Part shown: positions 10,978-20,884 of the stretch, piece by piece | How the letters are laid out: each line of letters begins with the position of its first letter | Numbering within the stretch: position 1 is the stretch's first letter | Assembly: GCA_965217895.1 (NCBI GenBank) | Contig: CBDCJV010000002.1 | Location: 3,424,001-3,488,000, forward strand | Origin: Waterburya sp. | GTDB lineage: Bacteria; Cyanobacteriota; Cyanobacteriia; Cyanobacteriales; Xenococcaceae | DNA: 64,000 nucleotides | Direction of reading: 5' to 3' | Notes under the pieces: model-generated | Seen by the model: the letters and a program-made list of their open reading frames with translations, nothing else | Database searches by the model: none | Told to the model about the DNA's origin: nothing | Position numbers and translations under genes: made by a program

Positions 10978-11775
10978 CTACTTAAAACTATCCTCAGTAG
11001 ACATCAAGATCGAACCCTGATGTGCTTGAGGAGCAGATACGTCTTCAACAGTTATAGCAACTATCTTAATTGTTTTGGGTTCAAGATAGGGTTGAGGAAC
11101 CGCAATTTCTTGTCTAAAATTGCCTGATTTGTTGACTTGAAATACCGCAGTTAAAATAGCTCCTTTCTCATCCGAAGTATAGGGAACATCTTTGCCTACC
11201 ACTGTCCATAGAGCATAGGCTTTTTCTGGAGGTAAAGGCGGTAAATTATTAACGTCCAAAGTAGCATTTAGCCGATTTGGAGAGACAACTAACTTAGCTG
11301 TTGATTTTTTAGCTGCATCTTCGCCCTTTAATAAATAGGTAAGTCGATCGCTCTGTGTATCTGTCTGCGTATCTGTTGTTTGTGCGGTTTGAATAGATTG
11401 CCATAAACGATAGTTAGCAAAACCTAATGTCGTAATTGCAGCTATGGCGATCGCCGCTAAAATTTTGTTCCAGGGTAATCTAGACTTTGAGGTAACAGTA
11501 CTTTCTGAGTTGCTAGGGGTCAAAGGTGCTGTTGCTTCTACATTTGTCTGAGAACTAGCTGCTGTTAAAATGCGATCGCGAAGGGTTGCCGTCGGCGATA
11601 TTTCTGATGGAGCATAGGCTAGATCTAAAGCTTCTTGCATAGCTGTAACCTGCTCGCTTAAATCAGGATTTTCGGTTAGCATCTCTTTGAATAGTAAAGC
11701 TTCAGCAGGACTTAGGTTGCCTAATACATAGCCCGAAACTAATAACTGTTCGCATTCTGGAGGTAATGTTGACAT
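10978..11775 (-). CDS. Anti-sigma factor, RskA-like
   Basis: N-terminal GYVLGNLSPAE...LRDRIL, one TM, C-terminal LPPLPPEKAYALW...AITVE. Directly downstream of an ECF sigma factor. Confidence 0.88.
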   Translation of the reverse strand: MSTLPPECEQLLVSGYVLGNLSPAEALLFKEMLTENPDLSEQVTAMQEALDLAYAPSEISPTATLRDRILTAASSQTNVEATAPLTPSNSESTVTSKSRLPWNKILAAIAIAAITTLGFANYRLWQSIQTAQTTDTQTDTQSDRLTYLLKGEDAAKKSTAKLVVSPNRLNATLDVNNLPPLPPEKAYALWTVVGKDVPYTSDEKGAILTAVFQVNKSGNFRQEIAVPQPYLEPKTIKIVAITVEDVSAPQAHQGSILMSTEDSFK

Positions 11776-11779
11776 GATG

Positions 11780-12379
11780 TTATGATTGCCTCCTAGAATT
11801 AGCTAGAGCCTGACGCAATTTAAGTAAGCCACGACGGGTTCTCGACTTCACCGTTCCTAATGCAGTACTTAATCTTGTAGCAATTTCTGACTGGCTTAAT
11901 CCTTGATAATACGCCATTGTTAATACTTCTCGTTCTTTGGTTGATAGCTGTTCTAAAGCCTCTAAGACTTCTTGCGATCGCTCTAGTTGAGCAACCTCTT
12001 CTATGGGACTTCCAGACAACAATTGCTCACTTTCATTTGCTGCTTGATGGCGAAGTTTTTGTTGCCTCCTAGTGCGGGTTCTGAGGCGATCTAAGGCACG
12101 CGATCGCGTTAAGATGCTTAGGTAGGTGCGTAAACTTCCTCGCTGAGGATCGTAAGCAGATTTCTTCGTCAGAATGAGAAAAATATCTTGAGTCAAGTCT
12201 TCTGCTTCGGCTGTAATAGTTAATAAATGCAGTGCTATGCCGTAAACTAAGGCAGCATGGCGATCATACAAAGTAGCTAAAGCATCAGTTTCGCCATTTT
12301 GCAGTCGCAAAAACAAATCCGCATCAGTCAGATTGAGATTGTCATCCTCAGAATGATTATTAGGTGGTACAGAAGACAT
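11780..12379 (-). CDS. ECF RNA polymerase sigma factor (SigK-like)
   Basis: Region 2 (LYDRH...AEDLTQDIF...RSRALDRLR) and region 4 (AYYQGLSQSEIA...LGTVKSR). Confidence 0.93.
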   Translation of the reverse strand: MSSVPPNNHSEDDNLNLTDADLFLRLQNGETDALATLYDRHAALVYGIALHLLTITAEAEDLTQDIFLILTKKSAYDPQRGSLRTYLSILTRSRALDRLRTRTRRQQKLRHQAANESEQLLSGSPIEEVAQLERSQEVLEALEQLSTKEREVLTMAYYQGLSQSEIATRLSTALGTVKSRTRRGLLKLRQALANSRRQS

Positions 12380-12464
12380 ATATGAAGACGAAAGTATGAC
12401 ATTGCTAAATCATATCTTGGCGTTGCTTATTTAGGTAATGACGTACATAGTGATATTGTTCGTA

Positions 12465-12496
12465 GCTCTTAGCTATCAGCTATTAGCTATTAGCTT
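12465..12496. repeat. Heptamer STRR-type tandem repeat
   Basis: About 4 degenerate copies of (T/C)AGCTAT. Confidence 0.6.
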
Positions 12497-12605
12497 TTGA
12501 GTGATCTGTATTTACCAAATGAATAAGTAAAATACTGTTTCAGCATTACATATTCAGCAACGCCTATATCTTTTCTTAGCCTGCTTAAATTCGATTAGGA
12601 GAGAA

Positions 12606-13096
12606 TTACTTTTGAAGAGCGAAATATAATCCTTGAGAATCAATTACAGCATGGCGTTGATGCTCTTTAACTTTTTTAAGATCATCAACGCCGCAGATTC
12701 CTCTTTTTTTGCTAATGTTTTAACACATTGATAATCCTCGACAGTAACAATCAAGTCTACTGTTTGGCTTTGATTTTGCCCGCTCTTCGTTCGCAATCGA
12801 TCGTAAATTTCTTGCCATTTTCCCTGTCGCTGCCATTTTTGACAATAAGCATATACGGTAGTGTAAAGAGGTAAGTCATGGGGCAACATTTCCCATTGAC
12901 AACCTGTTCTTTGAACATAAAAAATGCCATTAAAAATTTCTCTCAAATCAACTGCGCTTGGATGTTCAAATTTTGATTCAATTAGTAATATCTTTAATAC
13001 CTTCCACTCGGCATCACTCACATCACTTGGATAAGCTTTTCTCGTAGGTGCTGCAACTTGAGGAAGACGGCTTACTTCTAAAAATTTATTTAACAT
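12606..13096 (-). pseudogene. IS5-family (IS1031-like) transposase remnant
   Basis: YPSDVSDAEW, REIFNGIFYVQRTGCQWEMLPHDLP. A shifted frame continues GVDDLKKVKEHQRHAVIDSQGL (a degenerate GFDGGKKVKGRKRH...D motif) and then stops, so the DDE domain is incomplete. Confidence 0.85.
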
Positions 13097-13229
13097 CGTC
13101 TAGTTTCTCGTCCCCTAATATCAACTTTTTTTTCTTTAGAATCACTTTGTAAACTAGCTATGAGTAAAAAACAAAAATGTTTTGAATTTACCCATAGCTC
13201 AACTTAAGTTAAATCAAAAATTCTGGTGT

Positions 13230-14783
13230 TTACACAAAATCAGATGCAACTATTAAATCATCTGCTTCTGAAATGGCGGTTAATCCCTGCAAATTGAGAG
13301 GATTAATCGATCCTACTTCACCAAGACTTTTGGCAGCACCACTTTCTAAATCTATCGAATATAAAGTTGTGTTAGAAACAGCAAAAGCTGTATTATCGCC
13401 TTCTACAGCAGAAACAATGTCAAATCCACCTAGAGTATCAAAATCAATTCCTAAATCCCCTACGGTGGTTAGTGTTCCATCGTTGGGCGGATCTTGCAAT
13501 ACTAAGTCGTTTAATAAAGTATCAATACCATACAGCTCAGTTGAAATAGTGCCATCAAAAGAATTTGTGTAAGCACCAGCAGTAATGTTAGGATTTACAT
13601 CTTGATTAAAATCTCCCTCATCAAAAGCCAAAGTCCCATCAACGGTTACTTCACCAGTGTCCACGTTAATCCGCAAGTCCTGGTCATTATCCCCTACTAA
13701 ACGCAGGCGATCGGCTACAGGATTAAAATCAAAACCTGATATAGTTCCTCCCTCAAACGGCGTATCCAGAGTGCTTACATAGGTAGCTTCACCACTATCA
13801 GGATCGATAGTATAAATATCATTAGCAGTGGAAATACCGTAGATAGAACCATCAGCAGGACGAGTATCGATACCAAGTAACGTACCTTCAACTCCTGTGA
13901 CATCGGTAAACTGACTTGCACCAGGATTGTTAGAATCAAAAGAAACTAATGAGTTGTGGTCGGTTAAAGCCACAAGCTGAGAAACATCTGTTGATGCTTG
14001 TGCTTGGATTTCTCCTGCTGCTACAGGTGCAGTAATGCGAAAAGCTTCACCATTACCCAGATCGATCCCTGCTGGTGCTGTTCCCATCGCAGTTGCGTCG
14101 ATCGCCTCAGAAGTTTCTGTAGGAATTGTCAAGCCATGTATAACCACTTCTCGCTCGTTTAAGGGCGTTAAATTGTTATACTGACGCAGTTGATCTGGAT
14201 CACTGAGATCGAAGGTATAGGTAGTATCTAGATTAAACTCTGTGCCTGAAGGAAACAAATCGGCTGGATTAATTTCACCTGCTGTTGCTAAATTAAGGAA
14301 ATTAGTTAGAGGTGGTGTGCCATCTGGTGCTGATTCAATCTGTTCTGAGGTTAAATTGAGAACTACTGGGCCATAATTGGGACGACCTTCAAGGAAATTA
14401 ACAAAGCCATCTCCATCAACATCGCTATTGGCTACAGTTGGCAGAATCGAATTTACGGGTTCTCCTCCCGTCCCATCAAAAAAGCTACCGTCACCTTGTT
14501 CTAAGAGAGGCTTGTCGGCATTTCCTACAAACTGTCCGTGAATATGGGAAACGTGAACTCCACCAATACCGCTAAGATCTTCTAAGCCGCTAGCGTCAAT
14601 TTGAACTCGCAGAGTACGAGTATCTTCAGTGGGTGCATCAAGGGTTAGTGTCGCCTCGCCACTGGCATCAGAACCAAATGAACTGTTGAGTGTACTTAAA
14701 TCTACTTTGTATTCCATAAAAATTAAATCTCTGGCTAATTTTTTCATAGCGAAACCTGCCCTATTTTTTAATAAATAGAACAA
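13230..14783 (-). CDS. Acidic protein with N-terminal CHRD-like domain and C-terminal DUF4394 domain
   Basis: HVSHIHG and DVDGDGFV in the N-half. GIDTRPADG, GFDFNPVADRLR and AYTNS are typical of DUF4394. The true start may be the ATG near 14717. Confidence 0.75.
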   Translation of the reverse strand: MFYLLKNRAGFAMKKLARDLIFMEYKVDLSTLNSSFGSDASGEATLTLDAPTEDTRTLRVQIDASGLEDLSGIGGVHVSHIHGQFVGNADKPLLEQGDGSFFDGTGGEPVNSILPTVANSDVDGDGFVNFLEGRPNYGPVVLNLTSEQIESAPDGTPPLTNFLNLATAGEINPADLFPSGTEFNLDTTYTFDLSDPDQLRQYNNLTPLNEREVVIHGLTIPTETSEAIDATAMGTAPAGIDLGNGEAFRITAPVAAGEIQAQASTDVSQLVALTDHNSLVSFDSNNPGASQFTDVTGVEGTLLGIDTRPADGSIYGISTANDIYTIDPDSGEATYVSTLDTPFEGGTISGFDFNPVADRLRLVGDNDQDLRINVDTGEVTVDGTLAFDEGDFNQDVNPNITAGAYTNSFDGTISTELYGIDTLLNDLVLQDPPNDGTLTTVGDLGIDFDTLGGFDIVSAVEGDNTAFAVSNTTLYSIDLESGAAKSLGEVGSINPLNLQGLTAISEADDLIVASDFV

Positions 14784-14981
14784 GCGATCGCCTTTTGCGG
14801 TCGGAAAACCCGTATGCTATCGTGGGACTCACGCTAATTGCTGTACAATCCTAAAAGGTCTAAGAGATAGATAGTATCTAGCCTGTTGGCTATTTCCTAA
14901 CTTCTATCCAACCCATTTAGCAACCTCAACTAGGATTGTTACGGCGGACAGAGATTAATTTAGCTCTGCCTGTATTACTAG

Positions 14982-15008
14982 TACGCTTATGCAAGGCAAT
15001 TGGATTCA
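14982..15008 (-). promoter_or_regulatory. Candidate ECF sigma promoter TGAATCC-N16-CGTA
   Basis: Upstream of the DUF4394 gene. The same motif and spacing recur at 18069-18095. Confidence 0.6.
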
Positions 15009-15036
15009 TCCAAACTTTAAATTAAGCAAAATTTCC

Positions 15037-16071
15037 CTACGATTTTTTATTTTGATGAAAAGAGATTTGCAAATTTACCGCTCTAAGATATTGTGCGATA
15101 TAGGAGAGTAAGGCATAGATAAAAATTACAATGCCCAACATTTCCAAAGATTCTTCAAATATAGTAAGTAGCGAGTACATAAAATTATTTTGCCCATGGA
15201 GTTCAGCATAATATGCACCAATCATTTCTATACCAATGGCACTACCAACATAGATAGTTCCTGCCATAATAAATAAATTTCTGGTTTTGGGGGGTAAGGA
15301 TTGAATAAATCGCCGAAATATCAGCAAAAAGATTGCTGTAAAGATTATTCCAGGAATTACCCACGCAAAATATAGTAATCCTTTTGCATTTAATAGGGGT
15401 CTTAGAAAATTAAATATCTCGTGAATGCTGGAGATTTCGTCTATTGCCAAGTACAAAAAGATTAATGATAATGCTTTCCAGTACCCTGCATAGGCAGAGT
15501 TTATTTCTTTTTTTAGATAACTGATTATAGCGAGCAAGATCGAACAAAATAACAAAGCCAAGCTGGAATATAAAGTAGGAAAATTGTTTTCCTCATTTAA
15601 CGTAAATAGCCTAGCAGCATAAGTAGCTGATGCAGATTGCTCTATAAATAAGGCATTAGAACTTACTATAAAGCCAGCAAAAATAAGACAGAAAACAATA
15701 ATTAACAGTAAACGACTTACCTTTTTTGAGGATAGTTCTAAGATTGGTAAATTTAAAGTTTTAGTTACTCTATCTAAAGCTTCAGGGTAGGCGTTAAATT
15801 CTGTATTTGTAGGTTCGCTAACAAAATCTTGTTGAATATTTTCTGACCGTTCTTGCTTGATAATTTTCTCAACAAAATAGTCTAGGGTTTTTTGTTTAAT
15901 ATTGCCTTGACGAACCAATATATCTCCAATTTTTTCTTTGGATATTTTTTGTTCTTCTAAAGCTTCAGATAAATTATCTTGAGTAATTAGATTAGCTTCT
16001 ATTAAATGGCTGCCTATTAATCTAGAGTTTTTTGTATTGTTTGGTAGATTATTTTTTTGAGTATTTCGCAT
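15037..16071 (-). CDS. Multi-TM membrane protein with N-terminal GSPII/MshEN-like motif
   Basis: LIGSHLIEANLITQDNLSEALEEQK...IGDILV followed by about 6 hydrophobic helices with DE..SIHE and EESLEMLG. Confidence 0.7.
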   Translation of the reverse strand: MRNTQKNNLPNNTKNSRLIGSHLIEANLITQDNLSEALEEQKISKEKIGDILVRQGNIKQKTLDYFVEKIIKQERSENIQQDFVSEPTNTEFNAYPEALDRVTKTLNLPILELSSKKVSRLLLIIVFCLIFAGFIVSSNALFIEQSASATYAARLFTLNEENNFPTLYSSLALLFCSILLAIISYLKKEINSAYAGYWKALSLIFLYLAIDEISSIHEIFNFLRPLLNAKGLLYFAWVIPGIIFTAIFLLIFRRFIQSLPPKTRNLFIMAGTIYVGSAIGIEMIGAYYAELHGQNNFMYSLLTIFEESLEMLGIVIFIYALLSYIAQYLRAVNLQISFHQNKKS

Positions 16072-16219
16072 TTATTGTGACTTTTTGGCGAAATTAAATT
16101 TTGATTAAATATTGATTAAGAATAGTTTATTTTAGTATAACTACTTTTCTAAATCAAATGGGTAAAAATGTAATTAACTATCAATATATTGTTACCTACC
16201 AAAATTAAAACTCCGTGTT

Positions 16220-16339
16220 TATAGTGTTTCTCAAATAGGTAGGGTACGCTCAACCCGCTTGTCAATTAACGATTAACGATTAACAATCAACAAAAACCAA
16301 GGTTATTGAACGTACCTTATTCAAATGAGAACCGCTATA
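16220..16339. repeat. MITE-like element with ~34-bp imperfect terminal inverted repeats and internal heptamer repeats
   Basis: TATAGTGTTTCTCAAATAGGTAGGGTACGCTCAA versus the revcomp of the right end, TATAGCGGTTCTCATTTGAATAAGGTACGTTCAA. Internal ATTAACG repeats. Confidence 0.7.
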
Positions 16340-16522
16340 GCCCTCTTATGTCAGACTCCGAAAACTTCTGTTATTTACAAATTCTAGAGTCTTTATAAAC
16401 AGAAGGATTGCTAGATTTTTTTCTAATAATAAAAACTAAAATTACCAAATGGCTGTAATTTAATCACTGTAAGGATCTATCTCAGAAAGTGACATAAGAG
16501 GGATAGAAACGCTACTCCTGAA

Positions 16523-18010
16523 CTAATGAAAATCTGCCTCCCAAACCGCTATATAGATACGATCTTTTTGATTGCGCTGAATAATACCTTTTAAGCCACG
16601 TACTGAAAAATTATAGGTAGCTTTTTGACGACGATATACGGCTTGCAATCCTTGTTCTAAGTCAGTAGTGAGTGGTTCTGCGGCCAAAAGCGAATCTAAG
16701 GCAGAGTGGACTGTTTTAAAGTTAGTTGTAGGTGGAACTGCTATTTCTGCTTGACGCAGCTTATTTGTTTGAGTATCGAACATATATCCAATGTCGATGC
16801 CCTCGGAAACAACATTTTCATAAGACCAGGCAATGCTATTTGCCCAAAAACCTGGTTTGCGCCAAACAGGTTCTCCTAAAGCCTGAAGAATTTTGCTTTC
16901 TGAAGTCCCAGGAATAAAAATTACAGCTTGAAGAGCATTATTTTTAGGTTCTGAATTCTTAGGTTTTGAATTCTCAGTTGTCTTATCTATGGGTTCAACA
17001 TCATCATCAGTTGGGAAAAGCAATTTAGCTTGAAGGGAGTCTAAAAAGTTGATCGGTGGTCGCTCATCTAGTTCGGAGGTTAGGTAATTCAAGCCTAGAC
17101 ACACCCCAGCAAGCTGGATACCGATCGCGAAATATTTTGCCCATGATTTTAAGCGAAATTTAGGCGTATTTGTCGGCGTTAAAGATGATGTTGCTTTAGA
17201 ATACTGCAACGCTGCAAGCATTTCCCTGGCAGAAATAAATCGCTGATTAGGATTGGGAGCGATCGCACGATCAATGACTGCCATTAGGTTCTGATTAGAA
17301 GCAGTGCTTTTTTGTTGTTCAAAACTGTTTTGATTTATTTCAAAATCGAAAGTTAGTGGCGATTTCCCTGTTAAAAGATGAATCGCTGTTAAACCCAGGC
17401 TATAGAGGTCGTTATTATAAGTCGTATGCCCCATTGCTTGTTCTAGGGACATATATCCTGGTGTACCAACTATAAGTTTCTGGCGACGAGCGTTAACTCT
17501 GTGGGCAACACCAAAATCAATCAGCACTGGTAAATTATCTTTTGCCCGTAAAATAATGTTGGCTGGTTTGATATCAAGATGAACAATTCCTAAGCTGTGA
17601 ATACATTCTAAAACAGGTAATAAATTTAGTAAAATGTCTCTGGTTTCATTTTCTGATAGCTTTTGTTGCTTACGTAGTTTTTGTTCCAAGGTAATTCCCT
17701 GAATCCATTCCTGCACCAAATATAAACAGTTAGAATCACTGAAGTAATCATAAAACTGGCATATTTGAGTATGTTTTCCAGCCAATTTTTTTAATATTTG
17801 GGCTTCTTCCTCAAAAATTAGCTCTCTTGTCTGCTTTTTCTGAGCAGAAGAAAAATTTAGACACAACTGTTTGATGACGCATTTTTGATGTCCGAAAACT
17901 AGATCGCTAGCCAAAAAAACTCGGCTATGGCTACTTTGAGCTATTAATTCATGAAGATAATAACGTTTATTTAATAGTTTTTCTCTCGAATCTAAGCTCA
18001 AGCTTGTCAT
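16523..18010 (-). CDS. Ser/Thr protein kinase (Pkn2-type) with TM and C-terminal domain
   Basis: CVIKQL, HLDIKPANII, IDFG, GTPGY, DLYSLG. The Gly-rich loop is degenerate. Confidence 0.88.
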   Translation of the reverse strand: MTSLSLDSREKLLNKRYYLHELIAQSSHSRVFLASDLVFGHQKCVIKQLCLNFSSAQKKQTRELIFEEEAQILKKLAGKHTQICQFYDYFSDSNCLYLVQEWIQGITLEQKLRKQQKLSENETRDILLNLLPVLECIHSLGIVHLDIKPANIILRAKDNLPVLIDFGVAHRVNARRQKLIVGTPGYMSLEQAMGHTTYNNDLYSLGLTAIHLLTGKSPLTFDFEINQNSFEQQKSTASNQNLMAVIDRAIAPNPNQRFISAREMLAALQYSKATSSLTPTNTPKFRLKSWAKYFAIGIQLAGVCLGLNYLTSELDERPPINFLDSLQAKLLFPTDDDVEPIDKTTENSKPKNSEPKNNALQAVIFIPGTSESKILQALGEPVWRKPGFWANSIAWSYENVVSEGIDIGYMFDTQTNKLRQAEIAVPPTTNFKTVHSALDSLLAAEPLTTDLEQGLQAVYRRQKATYNFSVRGLKGIIQRNQKDRIYIAVWEADFH

Positions 18011-18068
18011 TTTAACTTAATCGTCCCAGCAACTTGATTAATAAAAGCAACACCTGCATTTATATTAG

Positions 18069-18095
18069 TACGTCTAAAAACTAAAATTGGTTTCA
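18069..18095 (-). promoter_or_regulatory. Candidate ECF sigma promoter TGAAACC-N16-CGTA
   Basis: About 60 nt upstream of the kinase start; matches the motif at 14982-15008. Confidence 0.6.
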
Positions 18096-18421
18096 AGCAA
18101 AGGATTAAGAATATACAATACTTTTGGTAGACAAAAACTAGACAAAATATTTAATTTAAGCAATTTCGCGAATTTACGATGTCTTGGCTATTGGATATAT
18201 TCGGGTAAATATTAATATGACAATTTCCATGGTCGAGACATGAGTTTTGAGCAGAAATTAGACATTTACTGGCGATCGCCTTTCACTTTGATACTAGTGC
18301 CTAATTTTGTTGATAAACTAACGATAATATAAAATCAACTATGTTAACTAGCAAAACGCCTTACAGCAGATAAAGCTAATTAAAAACCAGCAGTCTCATC
18401 ATATCTAGGGATTTTAAAAAA

Positions 18422-19792
18422 TTGATTGCCAAACAAAGTTATGTTATCGCTGCCGAGGCATGGCAAGCCCTTGAATCATCTATCATTTATTATCGAGGTC
18501 GCCCTATAGGGACTTTGGCTGCTAGTGATTACAGTTCACCCTCACTAAATTACGACCAGTGTTTTGTACGCGATTTTGTTCCGGCAGCCTTGATTTTTTT
18601 AATCAGAGGTAGGTCGGAAGTCGTCCATAATTTTTTGCTGGAAACTCTAAAGCTGCAAATTAAAGAAAAACAATTAGATTTTCTCGAACCAGGCAGAGGC
18701 TTGATGCCTGCTAGTTTCAAAGTGCTGCATCAAGGAGGCGAAGAGTTTCTCAAGGCTGATTTTGGCGATCATGCTATTGGTAGAGTTACTCCTGTAGACT
18801 CTTGTTTATGGTGGATGTTTTTGTTGAGGGCTTATGTCAAAGCGACAGCCGAAAATTCTTTTGCTCATACTCCCGAAATGCAGAAAGGAATTAGACTTAT
18901 TATTGAGCTTTGTCTATCGGCAAGATTTGATATGTATCCAACTTTACTCGTTCCTGATGGGGCGTGTATGATTGACCGTCGCATGGGAATTAATGGGCAT
19001 CCTTTAGAAATCCAGGCTTTGTTTCATACAACTTTGAAATGTGCCAGAGAATTGCTTTTAGATAATCAGGAAAATGAGAAAATTCTTCAAGCAATTGATG
19101 GTCGTCTTGCAGCTTTAACCAGCCACATTCGTCACAATTATTGGCTAGATCTGGAAAAGTTAAACGTTATTTATCGTTACCACTATGAAGAGTATGGAGA
19201 AGATGCTTTAAACCAGTTTAATATTTATGCAGAGTCAATTCCCTATGCCGAATTGAGCGAATGGTTTCCCGAAGAAGGAGGTTATCTGGCTGGCAATTTA
19301 GGGCCATCCCATTTAGACTGTCGCTTTTTTGCATTAGGTAACATGATGTCAATTTTATCTTCCTTGGTCATGCGCCAACAGGGACAGATTATTATGCACA
19401 CTATCGATACGAAATGGGAAGATTTGGTCGGCTGGATGCCAATGAAAATTTGTTTTCCTGCCCTCAAGGGTAGAGATTGGCAACTACTTACAGGTTGTGA
19501 CCCCAAGAATCGTCCTTGGTCATATCATAACGGGGGCAATTGGCCAGTGTTATTGTGTTTTATGGTGGCAGCAGCAATAAAAATGGATCGTTCAGACTTA
19601 GCTAAAAAAGCGATTGAAATTGCAGCTAAACGCCTACATAAAGACGAGTGGGCAGAATATTATGATGGTAAGAACGGTCGCTTAGTCGGCAAAGAAGCCA
19701 GAAAATATCAGAATTGGACAATATCTAGCTTCTTATTGGCTCAAGATTTGGTTGATGAACCTAAATATCTTGATTGGATTTGCCATGATTAA
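18422..19792 (+). CDS. Alkaline/neutral invertase (GH100)
   Basis: NYDQCFVRDF, ADFG..AIGRV.PVDS.LWW, DGACMIDRRMG, SYHNGG.WP, EYYDG. Confidence 0.95.
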   Translation: MIAKQSYVIAAEAWQALESSIIYYRGRPIGTLAASDYSSPSLNYDQCFVRDFVPAALIFLIRGRSEVVHNFLLETLKLQIKEKQLDFLEPGRGLMPASFKVLHQGGEEFLKADFGDHAIGRVTPVDSCLWWMFLLRAYVKATAENSFAHTPEMQKGIRLIIELCLSARFDMYPTLLVPDGACMIDRRMGINGHPLEIQALFHTTLKCARELLLDNQENEKILQAIDGRLAALTSHIRHNYWLDLEKLNVIYRYHYEEYGEDALNQFNIYAESIPYAELSEWFPEEGGYLAGNLGPSHLDCRFFALGNMMSILSSLVMRQQGQIIMHTIDTKWEDLVGWMPMKICFPALKGRDWQLLTGCDPKNRPWSYHNGGNWPVLLCFMVAAAIKMDRSDLAKKAIEIAAKRLHKDEWAEYYDGKNGRLVGKEARKYQNWTISSFLLAQDLVDEPKYLDWICHD

Positions 19793-19860
19793 AGCTTTAG
19801 TCATTATTAAATTTCTGGCATAAATATTTTTTAGATATTTTTAATGTCAGTTTTTAATTC

Positions 19861-19888
19861 CTGACCTCTGACTTCTGACCTCTGACCT
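19861..19888. repeat. Heptamer STRR (CTGACCT x4)
   Basis: ctgacct ctgactt ctgacct ctgacct. Confidence 0.85.
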
Positions 19889-19941
19889 CATATTCAACCA
19901 AGATTTATGATTCGTGCAAAAGGTCTATTGCCTCTTATTCT

Positions 19942-20637
19942 TCATCCCTCCAAAAATAGCTGTCTTTCTGCTTGTCTTCTTCTAGTTAGTCCTGGCATTT
20001 GTATCAGTGCGCCTCCGACATTGGCTTTGTCCCAGCGTAAAAATTCATTGGCTGCACCAGTATAATCTTCGGCATTGATTTTTCTGATCAGGGTACTTTG
20101 GGCAATGTAATCTACGCCCACATTAAAGGAAAGTGAAGCTAATGCACTCAACTGGCGATCGCTTAACTTGACTTTGATAGCTCGATCCAACTCCTGTTGA
20201 ATTTCTTGCACCTGAGCTTTTAAGGCAGCATTAGCCTGTTCGGCAGAAACGCGATCGCCAACCTGAACTGGTTTACCCCCTATTTGCGATAAGCCATAGC
20301 CAATTACAGCCGCACCGTTAGTATCCATATAAGCCTGCCCTTTAAATCCCTCAAACTCTTTGATGAGATTAATTGCTACAGGAGAAATGGGTTTGGGAGT
20401 TGCTTTTTTTAAGCTTGTCTTTTTAGGAGTTTTCCGAGTTTCAGTTTCTAAATTTTTTAAATCAACCTCTAAGGATCGATCTAGTTTTTGTAGTTGAATT
20501 TTGTGAACTACATGAGATTGTGGATCGGGAATTTTATCTTCGGCGAATGAGAAGGTTGCTAAAGTTATTGAGCAAACACTAGTCATCATAATCGCGCTAT
20601 CTAAATATTTATTCAAAATCTGTCGCCAAAATAACAA
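19942..20637 (-). CDS. GH24 lysozyme-family protein with N-terminal extension
   Basis: EFEGF...AYMD...IGYG, ALASLSFNVG, GLTRRRQAERQLF. Confidence 0.9.
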   Translation of the reverse strand: MLFWRQILNKYLDSAIMMTSVCSITLATFSFAEDKIPDPQSHVVHKIQLQKLDRSLEVDLKNLETETRKTPKKTSLKKATPKPISPVAINLIKEFEGFKGQAYMDTNGAAVIGYGLSQIGGKPVQVGDRVSAEQANAALKAQVQEIQQELDRAIKVKLSDRQLSALASLSFNVGVDYIAQSTLIRKINAEDYTGAANEFLRWDKANVGGALIQMPGLTRRRQAERQLFLEG

Positions 20638-20764
20638 TTTTCTAAGTAAACAGTTTTAGTCGATTACCAAAAAAACAGCGACTAAATTAAGTTATTTTTG
20701 CTTGAAAATTTACATTAATTCATAACATTTGTAAAAGTTCTCAATTTCTCGTTGGTTTTTGCTT

Positions 20765-20819
20765 TAAAAATTAACTTTGACAAAGTTAATTTTTATACCC
20801 GACAATTTAAGTCGGATAT
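20765..20819. promoter_or_regulatory. Perfect palindrome followed by an Rrf2/IscR-like operator upstream of thrC-moaD
   Basis: TAAAAATTAACTTTG-A-CAAAGTTAATTTTTA (20765-20795), then ATACCCGAC-AATTTAA-GTCGGATAT (20795-20819). Confidence 0.55.
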
Positions 20820-20884
20820 GATTGACTGGTTCTTTTTACCTGTGATACTATCAAAATCACTGTTGACGAATTAAAAAATAAATC

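Noticed and set aside
14780..14970. Possible riboswitch in the DUF4394 leader
   Set aside because: A few short stems exist, but I could not match any riboswitch consensus.
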